DNA from: Amphiscolops sp. MND2022
Lineage: Eukaryota
Assembly (NCBI GenBank): GCA_964187785.1
Contig: OZ076415.1
Span: 65,906,001 to 65,970,000, forward strand
Direction: 5' to 3'
Length of the DNA stretch: 64,000 bases
Below the pieces are notes generated by a model, which was not told where the DNA came from, did not search any database, and was given only the letters and a program-made list of their open reading frames with translations. The position numbers and the translations under genes are program-made. Below, piece after piece: positions 1 through 12,000 of this stretch. Every line of letters begins with the position of its first letter. Positions within the stretch are counted from its first letter, which is position 1.

Positions 1-71
1 CAAAGGCAGGCATCAAAGTTTAATTGTTAATTGGTTAATTAAGGTGAGACGCTTCTTCATATTACAAAATG

Positions 72-192
72 GTGTAAAATGAATGTGGGGTGAAATGAAT
101 GTGGGGTGAATTGAACGTGGAGTGAAATGAATGTGGGGTGAAATGATATGGGGTGATATGATAGGGGGTGAAATGATTTTGGGGTGAAATGA
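72..192. repeat. Minisatellite, ~16-bp unit (TGAAATGAATGTGGGG), ~7-8 degenerate copies
   Basis: Tandem units read directly; accounts for the low-complexity ORF 13..198. Confidence 0.9.
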
Positions 193-1494
193 ACGCACAC
201 CTTATAAATTAACTACCAGTACTACATAAAGTCGAATGATATTTATGTTTTGTGCCTCAGACTATGCTGGTAAACACAGTATTTTTGTTTCTAGTGCTAT
301 GAAATCTTTTGATACAATAGTTTTGATACTGAATAGATTAGTTGGCAGAAAAAGAAAAAGAAGTTCTTAACAACAATCTCGTTTCTATTTTTATTGCCAA
401 GAAATAGAACAGGTGGCAAAGCGTTTGCCAGTTTCTCTCACAAGTCGCAGTTGAATATATGTGACATTGGTTTTTAGTGCGTTGTTCGTTCTGATAAAAT
501 GATTGAACACGAATGTAGTTGAACTAATGCCAGTATTGTTTAGTTATCCTTTAGTTAACCCGTACATCCTGATCCGTCAGAAGTTTGCTTTGCTTAAACG
601 GAGTTTCTTGTTGTGGGCAATCATTTTCTGAGCGCAAAAATCGTATTCTCGTTCTCATTGGGCGTTTAAAAATATTTTCGTGCATATATTCATCTATTGC
701 GTCAGTTACTGTAATGTTGAAAAAGAACGGGAATAAAGAGCGTTGAAAGTTCTTCAAAAACTAAAAATTGAGAGGATGGCTTACATTCCGAGCCTGCTTT
801 ATAATAGGAGAAATTTTTTACAAAATAAAAATACTTTTAATTTATGGCTATAGTTTCTAATCTTGAAGATTCAAATATTCGCAGAAAAGAATCCTTGAAT
901 AGATCGTGCAGTTCCAAAACGTGAACAATGAATCAGAATTTCAAAAACTACTTGCTTGATGTCGCGTCTTAATTAAATCTACCGACACTGACGTAAGAGC
1001 AATGGCGTCAGGATGCTTCTCGATATTCTCCCGAAGAAATTAATCTGAATACAAGAAGCGAAAATAACTGAAGAACAATTACAAACAACTGTCAAATTTA
1101 TAAAAATTGCTATAAAAATATGAAGTGCAAAGAAGCGAAAAACCAACTGGATGATTGGAAAACGTGTTTTTATTGACATTTGACATAATTTGTCCCGAAA
1201 CTGTCACGAAAAGCTACATTGTTCAATAATTTGGATTTTGATAGTTGTTCAGCGAAATGAAAACACTGTTCAATTCGTTTCTTTCTCCAAAAATGTGACT
1301 TTTCAAGTTTGATTCGAAAAGTTTCCTGTTTAATAATGCTTATAACCACTTTCCTTGTAACAAACCTCCTCTGGTTAGTAGAAGATTCACTTTTTCTCAA
1401 GTAAAGAAAAGAATTCCGCAAACCATAAAAGAGACTTCAGTTGTTATTTTTCAGCAGATTTCTTCGATTTTCTTGGGAAATGACTGACGTCTCA

Positions 1495-2008
1495 GTGCCG
1501 AAAAAGAGTTCAGCTTGCCAAACTTTTGCTCAAGCCGAAATCAGCCATAAAAGCGAGGGGGTTACACTTTGAGAAAAAAAGTTTTGGAAAAAAGACGCAC
1601 AGAGCGGAAAAAGGCTGAAAAAATGAATTTTGCACAATCATTTAGAAAACTCAAGTTTCACAGGATCCAAAAGTAACAAATAGGCCATCGCTAAGATTCA
1701 GAAACATGCTTGCTTTATAGAAAACCACAAAAACCCAAAAACTGATTAAATTTTTTTTTCGAAATTTTTTTCAAAAAATTTACTTCGTTAAGCGCACAGT
1801 GCCGAAAAAAATAAAAGTGGTTATCTATGATTGCAAGATGCTGTTGTTTCTGCTAAAAATCGAGGAAGGGAGTTTAGGTTTGGAAAAAAACTGAAAAAAA
1901 GTCGCATAGTGCCGAAAATTTTCCAAAGGGAGACCCCTTTGCCACCCCACGAACCCCTGCTTTTTAGACCTCGGGAAATACGCGTTAACCACTACGCTAA
2001 GAGCAGTG
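1495..2008. mobile_element. Non-autonomous repeat (MITE-like) of the GCACAGTGCCGAAAA / GGG(A/G)GACCCTTT family
   Basis: Repeated CAGTGCCGAAAA and GGGAGACCCCTTT motifs; the same motifs recur at 30620-30770 and 32630-32780, and in reverse near 4240-4385 and 8100-8170. Ends at ...AATACGCG|TTAA. Left boundary unclear. Confidence 0.5.
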
Positions 2009-3113
2009 AGAAAGTACTCGACAAGTTAATGGACCTTTGGTAGAACTATTTTGGACAGATCAGGTGTATCGAAAAAATCTGACGAAAAGACATGACTATA
2101 GTAGCTTTTCTAACGAAAAGCATCGACTAAAAAACAGAAACAGGCGCAAAAAAACCTAGCCTCTTCATCCATTCTGAATAGAATTTACTAGCATTCTTAG
2201 ATGATTTCAATATCAGTGTGTTTGATCGAAATCCGAAATCCACGGAAAGACGGAGTTTTTCAACAAAAAGTTAAACATCCAAAAAATCAGACGAGGTCGA
2301 AATGTGGCACTTGCGAAAAGCATTGATATGAAAGGATTCCCAAAAAACCAGGTCGAAAAAAAAGTGCTGAGAAAAAGACCAATCGTAGTTTTTTGGTCTT
2401 TTTGAGTACACCAAGCCAGTGAATACATACACAGTGCTTCAGAGCAAATTTATCATTCATCGATTGGATATTCGTATTCTGCTGCTTTTGACTTTTTATG
2501 TAGGAGTACAGTAGTGATACTAAAAGCAACAAACCTTTCAAAGTCCTATCTTAATACATGTATTTTCGAAAAAGCCTAATTTTACATCTTCTTTTTTTCT
2601 ACGATTTTACAATGATTTCTAAATCAAAACATCTTAAGGTCTTCGCTATACTCAGAGGGGTCAATTGAGCATCAAATTTCTCAAAACGTTTGAGCAGAAA
2701 TGAAAAAAAACTCCATTTTGACCTTAACTTGGCTACAAATGGCCTATTGTAACTTTTACAATTTTCATCGCATAATTTTCAAACAAAGATACTTGTAAAC
2801 TAGATAAAAATGTAAGAAACGTTCACTTTTATCGTTTTTCCAAAATCGCTCCTGTTTTTGATATATTCGATTTTGCGATTTGCCGTTTGTTGCTTTTAAT
2901 AATATCACTACTTCAGTTGTCCTGCACTCGGAATTTCGGCCTTAAAAGTTGTTACAAAATCTTTTAAAGAACTTGCTCGGGTCATACACGGTAGCATATT
3001 AGAAGGGTGATCAAAGATGTCCAAAATCTGGAAAGTTTGTTTCCGAAACTACCAAAAAGTGCAACTTCGTGTGCCGAAGGGGGCGGGAATGAAATTTTCA
3101 GCTGAAGCAATTA

Positions 3114-3470
3114 ATGAAAATAGGTAACACACTTTTTGCATGGAATGCATTTGTTGCAGCGAAATCCGCTGTTTCAGAGGCATTAGCCAATAAGAAGACT
3201 GCCTTCGAAATTTCAGTGGATTTCACTACATATCTAGCATATCTGCAAAGCATAATGAAACCAAGTTCTCATTCATATCGACAAACAATTTCCATGAATT
3301 AGGTGCTTGTTAGTGGAATCTACAGTTCTTAGCGAAATTAAAATAAAACGCATTGTCAGAAGATTTGCCGACGATCTCGCGGAACACGTTCAGAAGATAA
3401 AGATAACATCAATGGTAGCAATTTGAAATGGTACCCCGACCAGTGAATTTCTTCATCGTATACATAAAAT
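3114..3470 (+). pseudogene. Degenerate non-LTR (LINE) reverse transcriptase fragment
   Basis: Translated pieces ALANKKTAFEISVDF (motif A region), VLVSGIYSS (GVPQGS-like) and IVRRFADDLA (motif C), in the expected order with stops and frameshifts. Confidence 0.45.
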
Positions 3471-3599
3471 TTCTCATCGTCTTTAAAACAACTCCCGTAA
3501 TTCTATTAGTCGGTGCTCGACAAAAAGTGCTCGACTAATTCAGTGGCTAGTTTTTTTCTTTTGTCGTCAGACCACAGAGCTCACGCTGTATGAACCACT

Positions 3600-3666
3600 T
3601 TTTGGTGCAGAAGGTAATCGGTTCAGGGGTACACAGCGATCCCGGTTTCGAGTCCTTGCTTCAGTC
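3600..3666 (+). mobile_element. tRNA-derived SINE-like fragment
   Basis: A-box-like TGGTGCAGAAGGT and B-box-like GGTTTCGAGTCC at tRNA-like spacing; no clean cloverleaf. Confidence 0.35.
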
Positions 3667-5099
3667 AGAAAATTTTAGTGCATTCCCTGGTTGGAACTGC
3701 TCGAACTTTTACAAGTTTTGTAGGTTACCAAGGTAATTTTGCATGATTCTTTAAAATTCTCAAAAAAAACGTCATTAAAACTTCACTGATTCGATTTAAA
3801 TTTATCAAGCAGCCCATAAGATGCATCCTAAATTTGGCAACAATTTTGCGCCGAAAAGTTATGCAGGTTTCATTGAAAAGCAATTCTAATTTTGAAAGCA
3901 GCTGAGACTCTTATCAATTTTACCGCAATTTTTACGCAAATAAATTTCAGTCACATCAAAGGTTTCAAATTAGCGTCATATTCAGCGTGCTATTTGACTA
4001 ACCGTGATTACATAAGTTACTTACTTGGGAAACTTAGTCGTGAAAACAAAGTGATCGCTGCGGTGAAGAAGTGGAAATGTTTTCAGTTTTGATTGAAATA
4101 GTGGAGGCTGCTTTCTAATCCTTTTCCATGCAGGCTCTCGGAATTTTCCATGTTTTGTAAAAAAAATTAGTTTGCATGTTTCCATGCAGCATTTAAAAAC
4201 TTCAAGCAATATCGACTATGTTGGATAATGGGACGAGACTAAAGCGTCCCGCTGTCAATTTTTTCCGCTTTGTAAGACTTTTCTTTCGAAAACTTTTCAC
4301 TGTGTTCAGACGGTTCCCCTTCTTTTTTTAATATTTTGCAACAAGGGTCCCCCATTTACAATTTTTGGCGTTGGGAGGTTTTTCAAAATGCATTTTTTTG
4401 TCTTGAAATTTTGATGTAATTTCAACAATAGTGTCCTTCAGCATATTTGAGAAAAACGCATTCAAGTTCTTTTGAATCCTGAGCGAGACGCCGAGTTGGG
4501 CCGTTCCCGGCTTGTTCATAATTGATGATAGTTTCATTGTCATGTTTTTCATGAGTGATCAATGTTCACCTGGTTCACTCCACATACAAAAACCTTTTTT
4601 AATAAGGGCGTGTACAGGCTGTGATACGTGTAATGGCTAAAAAATGAGCTGAATATAGAACCGACAATCAAACTGTTTTCTGAGCATCTACAGAAAAACA
4701 CAGGAGGTCATTGAACTCCGGATTCAATGTTGCAAACGGCTCATCTACGTTTGTGCTTAACAATTATCCCACGGAGGTTTGAACTTCATTCGAGATCAAT
4801 AGTGACAAAATCAGAATAACATGGAAAAAACTTTCATAAAAATTAACACATTGGTTGATGAATAACCGACAACTTCATCAATTTTGCTCGTTAGTTGACA
4901 GTGTTTTGTTGACTTATTCATAACATGCCGTGTATGGAAAACATGTGTTACATACTAGTACCATATTTCATCTTAGTTCAGAAAACATGTTTTCTTAAAA
5001 ACTTCAAATTCATTGCATCATTTGCATCATGTCTATTCTTTAGGGTCAAAATATGGACAATGTAACTATTTCATACATTACCACTCCAGTCGAACTTCC

Positions 5100-5355
5100 G
5101 TACATTTTCTGCAAGAATCTGTCAGATTCCACTTCCAAGATCTTGGAAGACAATGCATTATTCTTGCAGGTATAATGAAAGATCTTGGAAAAAATGTCTG
5201 ACCTTGCAAGAAATGTGTGAATCTTGGAAGTAACTTGGAAGAAAATTCCTCATCTTGGATCTGAACAGAATCTGACAGGTTTGTCTGAAATGTAAGATAC
5301 TTGCAAGATTCTTGCAGATAGTGTCTGATGTATAGACAATATAGATTCTTGCAAA
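5100..5355. repeat. CTTGCAAG/AAGATCTT palindrome-rich repeat element, copy 1
   Basis: Dense short palindromes (CTTGCAAG, CAAGATCTTG); a related block lies at 12535-12880. Confidence 0.6.
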
Positions 5356-5366
5356 TGTATGGGAGG

Positions 5367-6032
5367 GGTACGGAAAACTCAACACATGAAAACTCAACAC
5401 AAGAAAACTCAACACAGAAAACTCAACACAAAGTAAAAAACAGAAAACTCAACACATGAAAACTCAACACAAAAATCTCAACACAGAAAACTCAACACAA
5501 AGTAAAAAACAGAAAACTCAACACAGAAATCTCAACACAAAAACTCAACACAAAGTAAAAAACAGAAAACTCAACCAACACAAGAAAACTCAACACAGAA
5601 AACTCAACACAAAAACAAAACACATTTAAACACATTTAATTAATTTTAGTTAAACCCTCAATTGAGCTTATTTTCCGAAATCTAACTAAGTGTTAAATCC
5701 GTATTATTTCCGTTTACACTTGGTCACAATTGCGGCTCATTTTAAAATCATATAAAGACGTATACTTTCCTTTACACCTAGTCATGATTGCGATTTTTTC
5801 CTATATTAAACTGTTTTTCACATTGGAACGTTAACATTGGCCCAAACCATGAAACAAAACGATAGAAAAAGTTTAAACGCAAACACAAATATTTTAGAAA
5901 AATGCATAAATTATGAGCCGTACGAACAATATACGGAATATAGATGTATAATATATATCACGATTATTAAATGCTTAAAATGTGTTGAGTTTTCTGTGTT
6001 GAGTTTTCGTGTGGTGAGTTTTCTGGTAATCG
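5367..6032. mobile_element. Foldback-like element with AAAACTCAACAC(A/AG) subrepeat arrays in inverted orientation
   Basis: Left arm 5372-5612 has many AAAACTCAACAC units; right arm 5980-6024 has the reverse complement (GTGTTGAGTTTT). The inner arms ACACATTTAAACACATTTAAT and ATTAAATGCTTAAAATGTGT are also inverted. Imperfect 9-bp TSD TATGGGAGG (5358-5366) / TTTGGGAGG (6033-6041). Confidence 0.7.
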
Positions 6033-6093
6033 TTTGGGAGGTCGACTGGGGCATATAAGAATTTGTAGGCTATGATGAAAGCTTTTTTGTTTC

Positions 6094-9000
6094 ATGGAGC
6101 TCCACCTAAGAACTAGAGGCAGGTTTGTAACTAAAAACGAATTTTCGAAAATATTCATGTTCGAATGTGGTTAATACCCTTTTCAATATTTTCAGGGGTT
6201 TCGTCGAAACTCTAGTTCACGTGCCCCTCTATCGAATGGAGAAGAAAGACGCTAATGTCAACTTAGAAGAACTTGTTTGGAAGAACCATCGACAAAAGTT
6301 GCGCAATTTTGGAGACATTCAATTCTATGGCGAAATCTGTATCGGGTCACCATGTCAACCGTTCAGGGTGGTATTTGACACGGGGTCATCTAGCTTGTGG
6401 GTGCCCTCTGCGTTTTGCGACCAATTGACCCCGGGTTGTGGGAGTTTCGGGAAGAGGGGGTTTGAAGCCTCCAGAAGTACTTCTTTCAGGGGTGGGCGAT
6501 CAGCTTTGTAACCAATAGTCTTGCATTTCTTAAAGTGGTGAAAATTTAGCACTGCAGTAACAAATTTTTCTCAAAATATTGCAAAAGATTATGAACCAAT
6601 TTGAAGAAATTTTATCGGTTGTATATTTTTCAATTTCAGTCTGTAGTATCTGCCACTACTAATTGGAACGACACTTTTTTTCTGTATTATATTTTAATAT
6701 TATAATAATCAGTATTCTGTATTGTAATGCAGTATTATGTGTAGAGCATATAATCTTCCCAGCTAATTTTCAACGAGAATCAGCACATTCTATCAAAGAA
6801 TTCATCTAAAGTTCATCAGTCATTTTTGCCCATTGTCGATATTTTCGAAGCAAATATCCTAACAATATATTCCACAATGGAGTTCGATTGCAAGTACAAC
6901 TTTTAAACTAGCGCTTGAACTTAGTCTAACCTGCATTGTTGGACCTTTGCAGTTTTCCCACTATCCAAGCTCACCCTTGATTTTTTTGGAAGTCTCTAAG
7001 GAGTTTTACACTGTCACTTACGCCAAAGGACTGGTGTCTGGAATCGTGGGCATAGATAATGTTAGTACTTAAAACAAAAAATCAGACACTTTAATTTTTT
7101 ATTCCAAGTTTTACAGAATCTGAAAAAAGTTGCATTCAATTGCCACATGGTTTTTAAATTGGGTCTTTTTTCATATTGAGAACGCCAAATAATTTCTCGA
7201 TCAATTTGAATTTAAAAAACGTTGGAATGTAAAATTCACAGTTTTAAAAACCGTTTTGCCGAAAAATTAGAAGCAAAGTTTTGTAACAAAAACAACCAAG
7301 CCGACAAAAAATTCTAATGTAACAAGCCGTTCAAAATATCACCAAATTTTGGTCTCATTAAGGCAAGGGCGATGAAGGGGACGAAAGAAGACGAAGAGGT
7401 CAAACTTATTTGTTGTTTCTTTAGCCGGTGCAACGAAATACAGCCCGACCATTATAGTGACTTAGGCTGGGTGTTTTTTCGAACAAATCATTCGAATAGA
7501 CCAAGTAAGTTTTACAAATTTCACCTAAAAATCTGAGGAGCATCAAAGGAGTCCAAAAGTTTCCCCTCTGCAAAATATTATGAGAGTGCTTGTAATGTTT
7601 TCAGTTGCAAAAACAGTCACAGTCACATACTTTCAATCAGTTTTTTTGGAAAAACAGACTTTTTTGGAAAAACACATCTGAGAACTTTTGAGAGACTGCT
7701 TTTTTTAAGCTCTAAGAAAGGCGCCGATTTATGCTGATACCTGCTTTTTAATTTTGTTTTCTTGAGATTTTAGGGACCCAAGTACTTCTTAAGTGTGTAT
7801 CTTTTGCTCGACTTTCCAAGCATTGGTTACTAGCATGTACATTTGTACTAGCATGTACAGCTCCAATTTGTAATTTTTAGCAGTCGCGCAAACCAGTCTG
7901 AAAATTAATGAAACGTTTCATTAATTTTTCAGACTGGTTTGCTCGACTGCTAAAAATTACAAATTGGAATTTTTTTTCTCAGTACAAAGTGATAATCAAG
8001 TATTGCAATACCGTTTATAGCGGAGGTTCAAAATTTTATTATAACCTAAGTAAACCCTTAAGTTTCATACATGGTTTCGGCTTGAATAAAGCGCTAAGAT
8101 TTTTCGGCACTGTAAGACTTTTTTCTGGAAAAAAATTAAGATTCATTTTGATGTTTCCAGTCGGGAAAAAACTTTTTTGATTGGTGCTGCAAATTCGATT
8201 AAAAATTTCACAACGCTGTGCTTTCGCATACTCAAACCACTGCTTTTTTAAGACTTTAAGCGGGCCGCCGACTTGGGCCGTTCACGGCATGTCATTATTT
8301 AATTGTTTCATTCATGTCTAAGGTGACACTTGGCGTGACTACAACAGTTCCAGATCAAAACTTTGGACTGGCTATTAGTGTGGAGAATCTAGATGACATG
8401 AACGGTTACCTGGACGGAGTGTTCGGCATGGGATATCCAGGCACCATTGGAGAAAAAATGGAACCCTGGATCAAAAATGCATACAAGCAGAAATTGATTG
8501 GGAAAGAGATGTTTTCCTTCTGGTTCAACCCACAGGATAGAGGTGTGAATAAAGGAGGGGAATTGAGTCTGGGAGGTGTGAACAAAAATCGTTTCACAGG
8601 TTAGCCATTCATCAGAGAAAAAATGGAGAAGCAAGCTAGCTCAAAAAAGAGAACCTATATTTGAGTGAAGTTTGGTTCTTAAGACGCTAGAAAGACGCTA
8701 TTAAAAAATGCAAGTAAAATAGTTAAAAAATTTAATTGAAGTTTCCAAAGTCGATATCAAACAAGACGCCCGCTAAGCACCGGGATATTTTCCGCGACAC
8801 TCTTATTGCAAAAAAGTATGGCGTAGGAGAGGATCGAACCCACGACCTACTGGCTGGGAAACACAAAAAATTTCAAGCACCAGCCCGGGTTCGAACCCAA
8901 AACCTACTGGCTGGGAAAGCAATACGTGAAGTGCACTTCACTCAATGGAGTGGAGCTAAAGTGGAGTTTTGGCAGAATTTGTAAAAAAAAACGCGTCGCA

Positions 9001-12000
9001 GATCATGATTTTCCTCCCCCATTTATGCGGGCGGAAAATAACAATTCATCGCGATCATTCTTCAAATCTACAAAACTTGACAAATTAGTGGAGAAGAAAC
9101 AAGAACCCCGGCACAAAAAGACTGTTTAAAAAAAGAAAAAACTCTCGGTCAAGTGCAAAGAGGAAAATGACTAAAGCCTTCAAATATACCTTTGCGGTTT
9201 GTCACGACAAAAAAAAACACGATAGAGGACATATCATCAAATTGAAACTCAGAGTGAAACTCATACGAACAGCACGAAGATTTCGAAGAAGATACCTAGC
9301 AAAAAACGCAAAAAAGTGTGAGAATGAGATTCGGCAGAGAAGTCAACGAAACCGAGATGGACAAAAAAGACAACGGAGTCACTTCATCGATTGTGGATGT
9401 GACGGCATACATTAAGGAAGCAAAAAGAGCTCAACAAATCCAAAACAATCAAATCATCCATCACGTTCCAAGTGACATAAGGATTACCGAAGAAACGGCT
9501 CTCTTGCTTAGGCGAGGACCATATCGGTACAAACCACTAACAAGTAGAAGTCTGAAGTTTGGAGACCCGGGTTTCCCGACCAGATTGATCATACTCTGAT
9601 AATATATGGTACCATACAACTACAAATTTTTTACTATGATCTTACCATGATCAATCATCTGGAATCATAAATGATTCACAGTTGGTCAACCTGGAACCAT
9701 AAACTTCTATGATCCAGTCTGGAACAATAAATGGTCCTGTCTGGAATCATAAATGGCCCAGAGTATGGACATCCTGGAATCATATATGCCCCAGATTATG
9801 GACATCCTGGAATCATATATGCCCCAGATTATGGACATCCTTGAATCATAAGAGGCCCAGAGTTTGGGAAGCCTGGAATCATCGATACTCATGTCGGACA
9901 TGACAATCACCTGTAAACAAAGTTTGCAGAAATTGATTGCCGTTGTCCTGATACTGTAATTTTAGGGGATATCCCAGCTCGTGGGATACATAGTATCACA
10001 CTTAACGAGACCCACGACGAGAACGTGGCCTCCTTCAGGTCTCAAAAAAAAACAAGACAAGGACATGCCTAATCGAGAAAAAAAATAAAATTGGGTTTCT
10101 CAGTAGAAGGCAGCGGAACTGTGGAGAACCACTGGCATTGACCCATTTTCTTTGATCAAACTTTGATAACACGAAGCACTCGACCTCGAAAAGTACACTC
10201 GAGTAAAGAATAGCTTTTTTCACCAGTAGCTCTGATTCGTTCATTTTTACGAAGGACATAAAAAGTAACTTTATTTATACGGTAAACACAATCTGGCCTA
10301 GCCAGCACGCTGTACTCGAACTGTTGAGTTATAAACGAACTATCTATCTTGCGTTTTCTTAAGGAGGGAGGCGGAAGTTGCATTATATCGAAAATAATGC
10401 GCAATATCAATTTTTTAAAGCAACTATCCTGGCTTTTTCTAATTGGATATCACTCAATTTTCACTAGAAACGAAACGTTCTGCGAACATAGAGGATTTTT
10501 TAAAAAAGTTTCTGGAACTATGCGACTTACTACCGGATAATGTTTTCGAAAAAAAATGCTTAAACCTAGATAACTAAAGAGCTCTCTCAAAAATTTACAA
10601 TGGTAGGTTTTCAATAATTTCTCCAAATTACTCGCCTCTAGATCGTAGATTGATGAGTCTGCGAATCGAAGATCATTCAGTTCGAAATCTGTATCATTGG
10701 GAAAAAATTGTGAAACAAAAGGTGAGTCGCACATTATCATCCCGGGTTTCTCTCACACAAAAACAAGTTGATCATACTTTGGACGATAAAGGTTTATGGT
10801 TCCAGGCTGATCATACTCTGGACCATAAAGGATTATGGTCCCAGGTTGATCATATATGGTCCAGAGTATGGCCAGCCTGGAATCATAAACATCTATGTTG
10901 CACAGTATGAGCAACCTGTTTTGGTGTGGGAGGGAAACCCGGGCACATTAGTGATCGAATCTAAGTCTTGTAGGGGTGCCTCCATGAGCGCGTTGGAAAT
11001 ACTGCCCTCGGGCGGATAAATCTCAAATCCCCAGCAGCGTCGTGACCTGTGCATGAGAGCTTACTGTTAAATGTCAACCGGGGTTCGCCGAAGTTGCTCA
11101 GTCAGTCTGGAAATGAATCTTCGCAATTCCTGACAACAGCATGGACTCCTTAACACTAGCTTCTCAAGACCTTGAATGGGTATCGGCCCTGAACAAGTCA
11201 CCTCGGCTCCCTTTCGGATTGACGACCTCGCACCCAGTGCACCCAGACTATTGAGACAGTCAACTTACTTGTGAACTATACTCAACTTGTAGGGAATTGT
11301 TCTAATTGGACAGGTTGATTTGAAAGGGGAAACCCTTCAAACAAACCTCCTTTACTAACAGATCTTTCTTAGTTTGCCTTGAATAGAGGATGATTATTTG
11401 AAGTGTAAACCATCTTTCTCAGTGACATTCGGATCGATGCCACACGTTCATTGATTTAGAAGCTTCTGGCCAACCATGGGTAGAAAGGACCAAAAATATG
11501 CCCGAAGCTACTTGTAAGATGATGCTTGCCAAATTGGTGTATATGCTGTTCCGATTCGTGGTTAGGTAAGAGGTACTCATCCTTTGGTGAAATGTACTCT
11601 TTCTTTAAACTCTGAGTGATTGACGTTACTTGATTGTTGGCGCCACTTGTCGATATCTCTGATGTCTATGATGTAACCGGCGGTTTAAGGGTGTGATAGG
11701 TGTTCACTGATCTGATGGGCTCTGCAGTGAGACTCAGCAAGGCCAATGGCGATAGGCCCCAGAGACACGCCAAAGAACAATCAAAAAGTCAAGTTGGAAT
11801 TTATACTGTACTTGAAAAGTCTTATCATAAAGAGAGATCTTAAAGACGCAATCGCAACAAATGCGTTCAGATTGATCTTTCAAATAAAAAATAATCCGAT
11901 CTGGGTAATAGTTTATGGACAGAATTGTGGTCTCGAGTGTTTTCAAGGGGGAACACCTAGATAAATACCATTTCGGACACATCGAAGGAAATAAATGATA

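Noticed and set aside
13-198. His/Pro/Ile repeat protein
   Set aside because: It is simply the translation of the 16-bp minisatellite.
8819-8925. Functional tRNA-Gly genes
   Set aside because: Only 3' halves are present (no D-arm or 5' acceptor strand), embedded in a repeat family.
9743-9874. CRISPR-like array (33-bp period)
   Set aside because: The units are contiguous with no unique spacers, there are no cas genes, and the context is a eukaryotic intron.
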